Of a stretch of DNA of 64,000 bases, positions 21,259-33,190 are shown piece by piece. The position numbers were made by a program, and so were the translations under genes. How positions within the stretch are numbered: the first letter of the stretch is position 1; every line of letters begins with the position of its first letter. Under the pieces are notes generated by a model that searched no databases, had not been told where the DNA came from, and worked only from the letters and a program-made list of their open reading frames with translations. The DNA is taken from the NCBI GenBank assembly GCA_002811645.1, contig PDIP01000093.1:109990-173989 (forward strand). The letters run 5' to 3'. The DNA comes from Corallochytrium limacisporum Hawaii (Eukaryota > Protista > Pluriformea).

Positions 21259-22743
21259 TCATGCCCCTGATCCTGGAGGAGCGTAGAATTGCGGCTGCTG
21301 GCTCGGATCGTACTGCTGCGGGGGCGGTACCTGTTGGTGCTGAGGCAGCGATGACTGTTGTCCAGCAACCGGGGCTCCCTGATGTTGTTGCGATGGTCGT
21401 ACGTGCTGCTGGTGCTCCTGGCCTCCAGTGGGTGCGTAACCTTGCGGTGCACCATTACCGGGCCCCGGGTAATAGGACTGCTGGCCACCTTGGCCTTCTC
21501 CTTGCGGAGGTGCTCCAAAACCGGGCTGCGGTTGGTAGTACTGCTGTTGCTGTTGCTGTGGAGGCAAGCCACCGGCAGCTCCGTAGCCACTGTCATAGCC
21601 ACCATAACCGCCACCGTAGCCAGCCTGCACTGGCTGTCCCCGCATGAGTTTGTCGTACATGCTCAACGCCATGCAGAATTTGTCGTTAATGATCTCAAGG
21701 TCCTGCTTCTTCCTCTCAAGCTCGTCAACATCAGAAAGGATGACACTGCGATAAGTCATAATCTCCTGGTACTGATTCTCAATGTCCTGATCATCACGTT
21801 CTGTCATGCGGGTCACATCGGTGGTATTGATCTTCTGCATGAGGTTGTCAATCTTGGTTTCGTCAACTACCAATTGCGGTTGAACCTGAGCAGCACCCGA
21901 TCCATCCCCAGTGTACGGCGTTACATAGTTTGAAGGAAAGAGACCTTTCTTGCTCTTCAATTCTCCGTACCACCAACCCTCGTTGGAGTCATCGAGCAGT
22001 ACAATGACCTCGTCCTTTTTGAAGCTCAATTCTCCATCTTCGATAGCTTGGAAATCAAACAGAGCCTGTACCCTCTTCTTGTTATCTCCTGCTCCTGATT
22101 TTTTTTCTGCAGCTTTCATATTGTACAACTTCTCGCCTGTAGCCTTCTTGTTCTTCTTGCTCTTCTTTTTCTGGGCCTCCGCCTCTGCCAAGGACCTTCG
22201 AATGGCCTCCGCAAGATCGTCCTCTTCCTGTTTCGAGGACGCACCGCCAGCTGCCGCACCGCTTGAAGAGTATCCTCCACCAGAAGCCCCCCGGGCTGGT
22301 ACTTTCGGGCCATTCCGAGGGAAGTCATGACCCTCACTACTGAGGTCCCAATACAAGTTCAGCAATGAGGAGTGGTTAGTACCGTATTCGGAGGCCCATT
22401 TCTGCAGCATTTCCTTCGATTTGTCACACACGGCAGGATCTGTGTTGGTACGCAGCGCAAGAAGGGTCTTGTAGTTTTTTACACCTTCAGAATTGAATGC
22501 GACCCGAATAAATTTATCACCAACGTTGTCTACCAGCACTCCAAGCAGAGTTAGTCCCTTTACCGAGCTCTTGACATTCTCCTTGCTTGTCACCTTCTCC
22601 CAAACTGCTTTGTATGCTTTCTGCGTGCCATCCGAGGATGCGGCCTGTACCTTATCAACTAATTCGAGGTATAAAGCCCAGTCCTCGTCATTTTTTGACG
22701 GATCCGTTGCTCTCTGCACGGCACCAGTAAATGGGTTCGACAT
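21259..22743 (-). CDS. STAM: ESCRT-0 subunit STAM/Hse1
   Basis: VHS domain (NPF...RATD...EDW), UIM (EEDDLAEAIRRSLAE), SH3 (VQALFDF...ELSF...WWYG...GLFPSNYV), GAT coiled coil and a Q/P/Y-rich tail. Start placed at MSNPF (22743); an alternative in-frame ATG at 22812 lies inside a predicted leader intron. Confidence 0.93.
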   Translation of the reverse strand: MSNPFTGAVQRATDPSKNDEDWALYLELVDKVQAASSDGTQKAYKAVWEKVTSKENVKSSVKGLTLLGVLVDNVGDKFIRVAFNSEGVKNYKTLLALRTNTDPAVCDKSKEMLQKWASEYGTNHSSLLNLYWDLSSEGHDFPRNGPKVPARGASGGGYSSSGAAAGGASSKQEEDDLAEAIRRSLAEAEAQKKKSKKNKKATGEKLYNMKAAEKKSGAGDNKKRVQALFDFQAIEDGELSFKKDEVIVLLDDSNEGWWYGELKSKKGLFPSNYVTPYTGDGSGAAQVQPQLVVDETKIDNLMQKINTTDVTRMTERDDQDIENQYQEIMTYRSVILSDVDELERKKQDLEIINDKFCMALSMYDKLMRGQPVQAGYGGGYGGYDSGYGAAGGLPPQQQQQQYYQPQPGFGAPPQGEGQGGQQSYYPGPGNGAPQGYAPTGGQEHQQHVRPSQQHQGAPVAGQQSSLPQHQQVPPPQQYDPSQQPQFYAPPGSGA

Positions 22744-23564
22744 TGCTGGTTTCTGGGTGGCTTTGAGTCCAATTAGCCATTCGATGTCGTATGTATTCTC
22801 TGTGCGGCCCATCTACCTACCAATAGAGTAAACATACAAGTCTAATGTACCTTAGCAATGATTTTGCTGCAGGAAGGCCGCTGCAGCGGTCTGTTTTCAG
22901 TGAGTCGCAACGGATTTCCGAGCTATTTGTAGCGAGCTGCACCCGCTCCATCCCCCCTACCCCTTGCGGGATACTTTCTTTGCAATTGGGACGCTGCCAC
23001 TCTGCAGCTTGAGTTGTCATTATTGAATGTTTTTGCTTTTCCAAGCCCCCACTTGCCGGCAACTGCAGATGCAGCTAACCCAAGTCGCGAAAGCAATGAG
23101 AGGGGGCTAAACCTCCCAAACTGCGGGTTTTCCACAGCCAAGCAGGATATGGACCGTATCATAGCCGTCGAAAATTCGATTCCCTCCCGGGGTCTAAGAT
23201 GGCCCTTGGCGGTCTACCTTTTGGAGAAAGTGAATGTTCTGGAGTAAGTTTACGAGCATATACGGAGTGCCACTCTGTATGATAAAGTTCACCGAAACTC
23301 TTGGGAGGCGTATAATTGCAGTATTGGGAGCAATGGGACCGCTTGGAGACGGAGGACGGGTACACTGCTGCGGGCCGTGTCTGCCAGCGATAGACCGGAA
23401 TTGATCATGTCCCATTTCGTGGTGCACAGGCATCGAGGGAGCACGTATTATCCTTTCGGAGTCTGTAGATCGGGCTGTTCATGCAGTTCGCTTAAAATGC
23501 TGAGGAGCTTAGCCATAATTTCTTTATGAGTTGTGATTGTGGTATGGTCTAGCTTTGGTTCTTG

Positions 23565-24077
23565 TTACCGCATCCACTGCTGGCCACCAAAGGACATGTT
23601 GGCTCTTCCCATGGAACCCATGATCTGTGCCTTGATCATCTGACCGGCCGGAGTGTTGTCCAGCTTGCGCATAATGTCTTCTGGCATATCAACGATCGAT
23701 TTGTCGATTCCGGTCCCAGTCAAAAATTCCGCCACGTCATTGCTAAAGTTGTTGCAGTTGTTGCTGAATAGATCATACGTGCCAAGGCTGTACTTGTGTT
23801 TTATGTCCTCAAGGAAATCCTGGAGAACTTCCATGGGGATCATAGTGTTTCCAAGTTGTACCTTCTTCTGGGGCTGACCAAGAGATGTGCGACCAGGTGA
23901 AGACTTCATCACGCCTTCTCCACCAAAGTAGACCTCTTCCTCATGGACCACTATGGCAGTGTGCCAGATCCCATCCAGACGCTCCCCCAGGAACATTTCC
24001 GAAAGGGCAGGGGCCATGCCAAAGGAAAGGTCGTAGATATAGAGTTCGACCGGCACTGATGGTTCTTCACTCGACAT
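23565..24077 (-). CDS. DESI1: PPPDE-family desumoylating isopeptidase 1
   Basis: First ATG at 24077. VELYIYDLS, catalytic His in GIWHT and catalytic Cys in YDLFSNNCNNFS. Confidence 0.93.
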   Translation of the reverse strand: MSSEEPSVPVELYIYDLSFGMAPALSEMFLGERLDGIWHTAIVVHEEEVYFGGEGVMKSSPGRTSLGQPQKKVQLGNTMIPMEVLQDFLEDIKHKYSLGTYDLFSNNCNNFSNDVAEFLTGTGIDKSIVDMPEDIMRKLDNTPAGQMIKAQIMGSMGRANMSFGGQQWMR

Positions 24078-24490
24078 GGTTTGCTGATTTCTTCTTGTTT
24101 CTATGCTAATAGTTTCACGAATAAACAAGACTACATCTGTCTTTGCAGTTAAACTAACATTATCCCAAATATCTGCAACGGCCACGTATCAACAACCAAG
24201 GCTCTTCTAGCGCCTACGTGGCGTGCGCGTCTGGTCGCGCTCCAGTGTTCCCGAACACAACTCACCTCCACAAACCCGCACAACTCAGTGCCCACTGGGG
24301 GAAGAAGGGGGGGAGGGCAGTTGCTGCGGAAGGGAAACGGAAAACGGCATTCGCTATTGAAGACAATGTTGCACGTCCTTCTGCTGCATTTGAAGGCGAG
24401 TCGTTACCGCAAACTTCTGATGGGTATCCATTTGGGTCCCAAAGTGCCCAGCAAGACATCCAGCCGTGGTTCACTCTCTCCCTGAAGGCT

Positions 24491-25033
24491 TCAGTAGAGC
24501 TTGAGATGTCCGGTAATCTCATTCACGTCAGCCACTGCCCCCGGCCCAATGCAAACGACCGTGGCAGTACCACTAGCGATCTGTGTATGGCCGGCATCGT
24601 GAATAACAGTGGCCGGCAGTCCGATTGCCCGGGCCTTTCGCTCGAGATCATACAAGGAATTTTCATCACCGGGTGCTTTCAGAGTGATCTTGGCCTGACC
24701 GTATCGTTCCCAACTTTCAAGAGCCTGGGATGCGTGGTCCAGGCACCAGCTGTAGTTAGCCATGCAGCCATGACAGCACTGGGCCACAATCTTGCCCTTG
24801 CCCATACCCAGGTCGGTACGGATCACCAGCACCATCTTGTGCTCACCCAGGTACTCCCCTTTCTTTCGTCTCTTTTCACGTTCTGTTTTGAGCTGGATTG
24901 CTGCTTCCCGGCCTCCGAACCTGGCCGACGCTCCGAACAGGCTGTTGACGGCGTAGCCGAGCGCGATCCCCGCCACCAAGGTGCCCACCGTCGTGGAATT
25001 GAACAGGTCCGCCATGATTTTGTATGTCCTCAT
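24491..25033 (-). CDS. PTRH2: Peptidyl-tRNA hydrolase 2 (Pth2/Bit1) with an N-terminal membrane anchor
   Basis: Motifs KMVLVIRTDLGMGKGKIVAQCCH, GQAKI, DAGHTQI, IGPG and ITGHLKLY. The start may instead be the second ATG at 25015. Confidence 0.95.
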   Translation of the reverse strand: MRTYKIMADLFNSTTVGTLVAGIALGYAVNSLFGASARFGGREAAIQLKTEREKRRKKGEYLGEHKMVLVIRTDLGMGKGKIVAQCCHGCMANYSWCLDHASQALESWERYGQAKITLKAPGDENSLYDLERKARAIGLPATVIHDAGHTQIASGTATVVCIGPGAVADVNEITGHLKLY

Positions 25034-28000
25034 CGTCTTATGCTTGTTCGTCGTAGCTCAATGAGTGCAGGTGTCCCTAAAATACCTTCTCTTGTGTAAA
25101 CTGCTCGTCCGGTGGTCCTTGTGCGCGTGGGTGGAGGACTTCTATGCGGGTATAATAATCAATAAAAACACAAAGTTTTTTGATTATTGGATTGTACTAA
25201 TCAAAATCACAAAGAGTGTTGGTTCGCCATTGGCGCCAGAGATTCAAAAAATGGACTCCAAGATAAATATTGTGTCCGGTGGGGTCCAGAAAAAAGGACT
25301 CCGAGGATAGGCAGGCCAAGCATTTCGGAATAGTGAGGGAGACCACCACATGCAGCCCGAGCCAAGCTCGGAGGGAAAAAGGAATGAGGAGGAGGAACCT
25401 GGTTGTCAATATGGGTCCGCATTCATGATTGATCATCTCATGTCTTTCGTCTCCAACTGAACTCTCTCCAAAGCGACCATCTATCATTTATCCTATATCA
25501 ATTTTCTATCGCTACTCCTTGTGTGTGATCCCTGAATCGGCACAATTCCTTGCTGCTACGTGTAGCAATCAAATTCGGCTGACTACGGTTCATGTAGCCG
25601 TCACGTTGTTCCGCAATTCCACCCCCAACCCGGCGGAAACAAAGGTTGGAGTAGAAATCATGGACGATGCTTTGAGTAGAAATTTTGATAAGAAACATTC
25701 ACATGCGAAACAAACGACGCTCTCATCACTGTGCTACCGATCGCCGTAAGATACATTCCTGAGAGCAAGGGAGGGACTGGTTGACGGCAATCCCCTGCTT
25801 TGTCTCGTGCCTAGTGTCCGTCGTGCCCTTGGTCCAGAATTGACAGCAACAAAACACGAAGACCGTGTCTCACTTGATGAACCACCGAAACGAATAAATT
25901 CATTTATGTCAATTTCTTTTCTGTTCAATCGGGAGAAGTGGAAGCAGGTGCAGCCCACTTATCGCAACACTCAATCGAACACCCGCCCATCACCAGCCGC
26001 CACCAGCTTTGTATGCTACATTCTTGGGTAACTGCTTCCAAGCTCCGATAGGGACAATATCAGGTCACAAAGTACATGAGGCTATGTCACAGAATTGAGC
26101 TTTCTTCCTACTGTCGGACTTTTATATGTACACGCATCAACTGGATAAATCAGGTAGGCTCTGGTCGACTATGAAAGAAGGAGGTCAGCATTTCGAAAGT
26201 CCAAAATGTTTTTGGTCTAGTTGCTGGTGGATGACATCCTCGCCTCAAAACATGTGTAACCCATGTTCAAAAAGAAAAGGTTGTGCCTCTTCCCTTACTC
26301 CTGTGTCCTAAATGACAAAGTCTCAACCAACTTCCTAGCCGACATTGTGACAAAACTCCATCTACATATATCTGCACTGCGCGTCTAAGGGTATACTATG
26401 GTGTAATTCATCCCACCTTTGGGACCTCTTGTCAACCGTCGAAACCCTCCCACTAATCCCGTTCAAACACGGTGAACAGGCATCTTCTCCTGGGGTGTCG
26501 CTCGACCAGGATGGGGCAATCCGTTCCCCGACCGGTGGATGCTGTTCGCTGCAGTACGGAGTGTTGGACAGGTATTGTCCAGTCCCTGGGCCTCTAGAAT
26601 GGGTTCCCTTGGATGTCCTCTTAAACCCTTATTTGATCGCCAAGCAATAATTGGCGCAATTAGCACGCACGCACTCATCCGGAAACACCAAAAGGCCTAG
26701 TCCCTTTTTACTTCCCTCCTCCCTCCCACTTCTTCTCCTTTGTTTAATTTCTTCCCTTCGTCTCTCCTTCTCTCCTTCTTCACACCTCCGCTGAAGATAC
26801 TACTGTACCCATTAACTGCGGGCCCCGTCCTGGATATTTTTTCGATCTCGTATCAAAGAAGTATTGAAGTTTGCAGTCATATCAGTCGCAGAGGGCCCGC
26901 CGCAGGCATTGGATGAAGGACCCAGGTACTCAGAGACATACGAGGAACCGTACGTTGCATTCAAGTGTGCATGCGGTACCAGTGACTCCATGGAACCAAC
27001 AGATTCTTGTCTTGTTGGTCCTGCACATCATAGCGCAATGTATGGGTGCCTGCATGCTAAGTGTCGATGCCATCCATTCCTCTTCCATAGATTCATATGC
27101 TTTCCCTCATGCTCTTAGGATGATCCTGGATGAGTACATGTGCGTACTGCTCTTCTGGCTATCATGCCACTATTTTCATAATTTAGCCTTTTGCAGCATC
27201 CACGTTCCGTAGGAGATGACTTGATGATTTGGTCCGGAATGTATTCAAACAGTTTCCTTTCCTTGCCAGGGCAGAGACTTGGGTACAGTTGGCAAGGGCA
27301 CTGATGTACGGAACGAGGAGATGTGTGCGGGATCATTGGCGGCTCCTCACCGACGCCAGGGGGGCGAGATCCGAGCGACTATGTTCCTTGCATTGATCGC
27401 ATCTCGGATCCTCACAATTACTCCTTTCCTGGCTTTAAACCTTCGGTGCTGTATTCCAGGGGTTGAAACTCGGGAATGGCGATGAAACTGCCGCCGTCCA
27501 TGGCCAGCCGAAAAACCTTCACCGTTTACCACATCAAGCACTGAATTGTAATGGCTTTATGAAATAAGACGTTTACCGATCTTCCCTCGCTATGCTTTCT
27601 CCCGGGATGATTGATGGTGAAAGAAAGGGGAAACTACTGCTTCTGCTCAACTGGTGTGTGCACTTTATTGTGCATTGATCACCCAGTGACCCGAAATTCG
27701 ATTATCACAGCGCTCACACATACACTCTCTTCTCCTCCAATTAGTGTTTCTCTTGTTACTTCATCGGAAATTCCCAGCGACGTGGAGAGTCAGAGCAATA
27801 CGATGACCATCCGCTGCGGGCGCACGCAGCCATTGGGAGATAAACTTCATCAACTCCACGGACAGTGTTCGTTACCAACATAATCAAAGGCCAAGCTTTT
27901 GATCTCTCAATAGTTTCTCTGTTTTCAAGAGTCAATAGTACTTTGACCATTGACACAAAACGATGTTACTTTTTTCAATACCAGAACAAATCCAATGATT

Positions 28001-31000
28001 GCATTCAAAGCGGACTAGGACATTACCCCATTGAAAGTGAGGGCAGTATTGCGCGCACATGGAATTTTAATTGGTTCGATCCGCTCTTCTGATGTCTTTC
28101 GCCCCGCTCCGCCTCCCCCGCCCCGGGGGGGACCTTCCCGGACACGGTCTAAGAGACAAACGCGAGCAAGAGCATGTCTGAGAATATAGAGAACGAATGG
28201 GTCCCTTCAGGAGCCCCGCGGGGAGGAGGGTTGGGGTTTGGACGGTGTGATTGTGTTGGGGAGCGGAAAACAAATATACTGGGAGAATTTGAGGTCCGCA
28301 CGCACTGGGATAGGAGAACTCATGTGGAGAACAGCTACCAATCAACAATAGCATCTCTATAGTGAGAATATGTAATAATTCTCGTGCGCTCTGGAGGCAA
28401 GTTCTCCTTCGGTCCCCGCTTTTCTGACACGCCAATGAAGAAATTTCAAGAATTGGCGAACTTGCGAAGCCCCGCCCCGGCTCGTTGGGGTGGGTGATGG
28501 CATCCTGCACATATGCGCACCCATCCACCCAAATCCCACACACGAAGATATTGGGCTACTCTGACTCACCCCTTTCGAAGAATTTCTCCACCACAGACGA
28601 CACAGTGAGAGCTGAGCACGATATCCGGTTTGGCCTACGTGGTCCTCGCAGTCTATCTGTTGCAGATCGTAGTCGACAGTGGGATTTTGTGCGCGAAAAC
28701 TTTCTTCCACTGAAGACCCCGTCCTCCTCTCTTAACAGTGTGTCTTGTTCGGAGTGTCCCGTTCGCTTGGCCGTCAATCCGTTCGCCTCCTCTGCCTCCT
28801 TGATCGACAGAATGCCGGGAAGTTCGAAGTGTTGAGTTCCGATGGTTGCTGTGCTGCTGTCAGTTTGTGCCGACAGTGTGTGAGAGATGTAATAGAGTCA
28901 CGGGAACTCTGTTCTTGCGAACTTTCAATGCATGTCTCTCAAAGTGCTCTGAAGTCGGTGATTGGACGGACTGGATCATCAATACAATACAAGACAGCAA
29001 CCTCCTGGGTCAGTTGGTGACTTACCAGGATCCTAAGTCAATGAGCACGACCAAACGACCGAGATGTGGCTCCCGTCTCCACAAGATGGGTTCGTGTTCA
29101 TCAGTCGTGACGCTAAACCGTAGACGACTTTCAACCCACTCGTTTATGAGCACCCAGTCAACAGAGCCATTTCGTGCTGCGAGTATCAAGCTTTTCGCCA
29201 CAGGTGCGGTGCGTCACATCATCCGCGTATAGGGAGACCGTTGTGTCTCTTTACCTACTTACATTCTAGCAGCATGTACCTGGATCAATTACCGTTCGTT
29301 GTGGCTAAATGTCCCACTTTGGTATGATATCCGGTGTCCAATATCCCTAAAAGTTTAGACAGGCAGTAGGATGCTGCGCCTTTTGTTCATGCCTTGTGAT
29401 TCACTCTTGATGTGCTCCTCTGATCGTCGCGGTTCCTTCTGGTGTGTTGTGAAAGTTAGAGTTCCTGAGAATTCATCACAAAGCCTGAGTGACCCTCGTC
29501 AAGGCCAGCGAGAACTTCGTTGTGATACCCTACATGTAATGCGATGTGTACCAAATTGGTTCTGCCCTGCTGGACGGGCCCAAGCAGTCATAGTTGCAGT
29601 CTATGGAACTGGCTCCGCTCCCGTCGGATTTCTAGAAACCAAAACAACGCTCCGCTGTTACGCTTCCTTGAACCTGGCCTAGTACTTACTGAGGACTAGT
29701 GTAGTGGACCAACTGTTGAAATAGTCTACTGAAGTGCGACAATACTATTAGAAAGAAGGATTCAGACCCCGTGCGCTACTGCTTAAACCTCATAATGACG
29801 TTGATTGCAGTGCTGTAGTGCCATATATTTTTTATATAAATTGGGACTCGAGGACGATTTTGGCTCCGTTGAAGTTTCAGAGTGCGGGACTGGCTGACGT
29901 TCCAATTCTTCCCATAGGCAGACATGCCATCGAGAGTTTGGAGGCTAGACACAAATCGCTTGTGTGCTGGTTGTCAACTACTGGTTTGCTCTGGATAATG
30001 GCACTTTGCAATTACCTCTCGTATGTCCATACACACTGATCCCGTATGGACGGGCACAGACGCATGCAATTTTTGGAAACAAAGTTTTCGAGCGTGAGCT
30101 GCTTGACCGTTTGCCGGTGCAATTTGAACCCTGCTGTATTCTCTGTGTTCATTACAGTGTCATAGGGGCATTTAGGGCAAGAAGCAATGAGTGATCCGTG
30201 ATAGAGCGATGAGGAAAGATATCGAACCGTTTTGAATTCGTAGTTTGCTGTGCTGAGGTGAAGGAATGGATATGAGCCAGCCAGATTAAGGATTTGACAT
30301 ACTTATGAGGCTTTCTCATGTGTGATGATGAGATCTCTGTCATGCATACAGGACTGATTTGATTATCACCCGTTTGAATGCCTCTAGAAGTGCGTCGCTG
30401 GCAACACATGTTAGGATTGCAACGGCAAGTTGCGTTCGACGAGACTGCTCGCGTCCGTGTGGACTACGTTTTGCGCCAGTTGCTGGGGTCAAAATCAGAT
30501 GGCCCCTCTTTCGACACTTGCAATCAACCTCAATTAAACCTAACTCAACAACTGTAATTTAACCGTATCAACAGCTCTGCACTAACATTGTCGCACAATA
30601 CCCGCACGGTTCCATTCTTCGGCTGCAGTGTCCAAACTCTGTGAGAGTCATCAACAACGGAGACTTCAAAATTGTGCGCACTCATTTCCCTGAAAGCTGC
30701 AGCCTTTGGTACACCATGGCAGAGGATGGCAGCAGCGAAAGAAGCCCCTGCCGGTAGACGGCCGCCGGTATTAAAAGTGGGTCGGAAACACGCAGCCCAG
30801 CCGCAATTGCAGATTTGGTAACTGTTGTGGCTCCCCTGGCTCACCATCCACCCACGGCCGACGACATAATGCGTCAGTACTCTTTGGTGTTGACGCACAC
30901 ATGGCAAAAGTGGAAGAGGGATGTGTGTGGACATGGTCCCCTGGTTATTTGATATCAGTGTTTAATTTTGCCGATGTCTACGGCACTGTTGCAGATTGAG

Positions 31001-32084
31001 CTGTGCTCGAAAACTGTTGAGATTTTCGGCAATTGCTGCAACATCGTCTCCCTCTTGTGGCCCTGGAGAGGGACCGTATAAAGGATTAGGTCCATGTGCT
31101 CGTGCTGCCTGCGATGGTGGTGGTAGTAGTGCTGGTGATGTATGCAATGAGTTGCAGAGTAATTCAACAAAGCTCACAAAACAATCATTGATTAGGAAAG
31201 ACATATATGCGTGACCCTACCAGACTGCCTAACCGGTAGCAACTAACTGCGGTACTCCGAACGAGCAGTTCTACGCCACAGCCACCATTATTTGCCGGAA
31301 AACGGGACGGTCATTGTACACGGAGACCGCCGCTCAATCAAAGAAAGGATAATCCTCCAAGGACAGTATTTGAATTGCAAAAAATCTTTCGCCCCTCCGC
31401 GGATTCGTTACCAATGCTTCATGCGTGTTGATAAACTGGTTTAATCCCATTATCGTGGACACGTGGGGACCAAGGTTGAAGTACTGGCCTTACAGAAAAG
31501 TGTTGGCTAGCTAGCGCGCAGTGGGGGAAGACACGAAGCTTTCAGAATGAAATGGCTTTGGAAAGAGTACTATATTGAAAAACTATGAATATCTGAATAT
31601 GGATCAACAACTGGTTGAACTATGGAAAGAAATGCGTATGGAAAAAGTATGGAAGAATTATGCAAGAAACCACCCAATGGAACGTATGTGATGGTGGTGT
31701 AGAGGGGGACGTGATGTGTGAGTTCGGACGGGTGGGTGAGGAATGGGCCGTCAGATAGTAGTGCGGTGCGGTGGTATTGTTTGCGTAGGCTGCAGATTCT
31801 AGCCGGCTCGAATACTAAAGAAGTCATGGCACAAGCCAATACCACGGGTCCCTTGGGATTTCGAACGAGTAGATAGGAAGGACTTGTGGGTAAGACTAAT
31901 GAGACAACCCCCGGTCGCTATCAAAGACCTTAGAACTACGTTGGGGATTATGTGGTCTCATTTGTCACACACGAACTTGATCCTTCATGGGTTGTAAGTC
32001 TGTGGCTGACATGAACTGCACGAGAAGATGGTCTAGGTACCTCCGTTGCCATGTCAGTGAATGGATAGGTTATAGCTAAGACGA

Positions 32085-32969
32085 TTATGCTCCCATGGTC
32101 GACTCCTGGGGCGGGAAGTAGTCCATCCACTGGTGAGCCAATTCCATGATGGCGGGGTCATCGACAGTGTAACAGACAGTCTGTGCAATCAGTTCCAAGA
32201 AGTTGTCATCAATATCAAGGAGTTGAATGCTGCTGAGGGCCACACCGAAGCCGAGGGCAGCACAGTTTTCGGTTGACACAGATTCGACGGAGGTGAGGTA
32301 GGCAGCGCGAGCAGAGCACTTGCGGTCTAGGTCCGTGCGGAGCTGCTTAATGTTCATGTAGTTGTTCTGGCAGAGCTGTTCTCCAAATAACCTTACAGTG
32401 ATGCTGATAGCCTCGCGGGCAAAGAACAGATGGGTGGCATCATCCAGATCCCACTCAAGAGTGGTGGAGACGAGTTGCTCCCAGGCAACCACATCTTCAA
32501 CGGTGAAACTGTTGTCAGCCATAGAACAAAGGAAGCTGACTTCCATGGGGGTCTGTTCGTACATCTTGGAGGCCTGGAGGAGGCAAGCGGTCATAATCAG
32601 TTGCAGTTTGGGCCGAGAACCCAGGGAACATACCGCATCCAGGAAACGGTCAAAGAGACGCACAGCACGGCAGTAGACTTCGTAGTCCTTTTCGTAATGG
32701 ACAACGATGTCATGAACCCACTGCAACAGATCCTCGCGGAAGGCGTGAGTGATACCGTGCTTTGACATGTAATTGGCGGCTACGCGGTGACTGCGATCAA
32801 AGTCGACCTGTTCGTTCAGAACATCGCGGACGGCAGCCTCGGGTGTGATCCACACTTGGTGGGCACTGTTTACACTACTAGACAGAGAAAGGGTGGTGGA
32901 CTCGACTTCATGTGCGTCAACCTCGGAAGCCTCACTAAGGGACTCTCCACAATGCAAATCTTGAACCAT
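32085..32969 (-). CDS. Cyclin, D-type-like (N-terminal LxCxE)
   Basis: Cyclin box FREDLLQWV...AVRLFDRFL...LQLIMTACLLQASKMYE...ADNSF...WEQLV...LEWDL, with LHCGE at residues 5-9. The cyclin call is secure; the D subtype call is moderate. Confidence 0.85.
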   Translation of the reverse strand: MVQDLHCGESLSEASEVDAHEVESTTLSLSSSVNSAHQVWITPEAAVRDVLNEQVDFDRSHRVAANYMSKHGITHAFREDLLQWVHDIVVHYEKDYEVYCRAVRLFDRFLDAVCSLGSRPKLQLIMTACLLQASKMYEQTPMEVSFLCSMADNSFTVEDVVAWEQLVSTTLEWDLDDATHLFFAREAISITVRLFGEQLCQNNYMNIKQLRTDLDRKCSARAAYLTSVESVSTENCAALGFGVALSSIQLLDIDDNFLELIAQTVCYTVDDPAIMELAHQWMDYFPPQESTMGA

Positions 32970-33179
32970 CGTGAAGGGAAATCTAACTAGACTAATGTGT
33001 TTTTGATATTGTGATTGAACTATTCACTGCCTAAGTGCAGCTTGATTGAAAGCTAGTCAGCTATCAAAGTTAGTCAGCAGACACTGTTCCATTTAATAGC
33101 CTTGTCAACCAGTTCCATTGCAACCGGAACTGGAACTGCCAAGTTAACAAAAGACAGACTGTAAGCCCCCTGTAGGCGT

Positions 33180-33190
33180 CCCCCGGGGGG
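33180..33190. promoter_or_regulatory. C5G6 element, 211 bp upstream of the cyclin ATG
   Basis: Directly visible; function is inferred. Confidence 0.45.

Noticed and set aside
182-25033. Possible functional cluster (ANKZF1, PTH2, MTG1 in translation; VPS11 next to STAM in endosomal traffic)
   Set aside because: These genes are interspersed with unrelated housekeeping genes, and there is no evidence beyond chance adjacency.
24218-25099. 293-aa antisense ORF covering PTH2
   Set aside because: Antisense shadow of a conserved gene, GTG start, no motif.
20852-28082. GGTTCGATCC T-loop/B-box-like sequences at about 20855 and 28073
   Set aside because: No acceptor stem, D arm or anticodon arm can be folded around either site; not tRNAs.
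28556-29240. Minus-strand open stretches interrupted by TGA codons (possible selenoprotein or pseudogene)
   Set aside because: Several stops in each frame, no recognisable domain and no SECIS-like hairpin identified.
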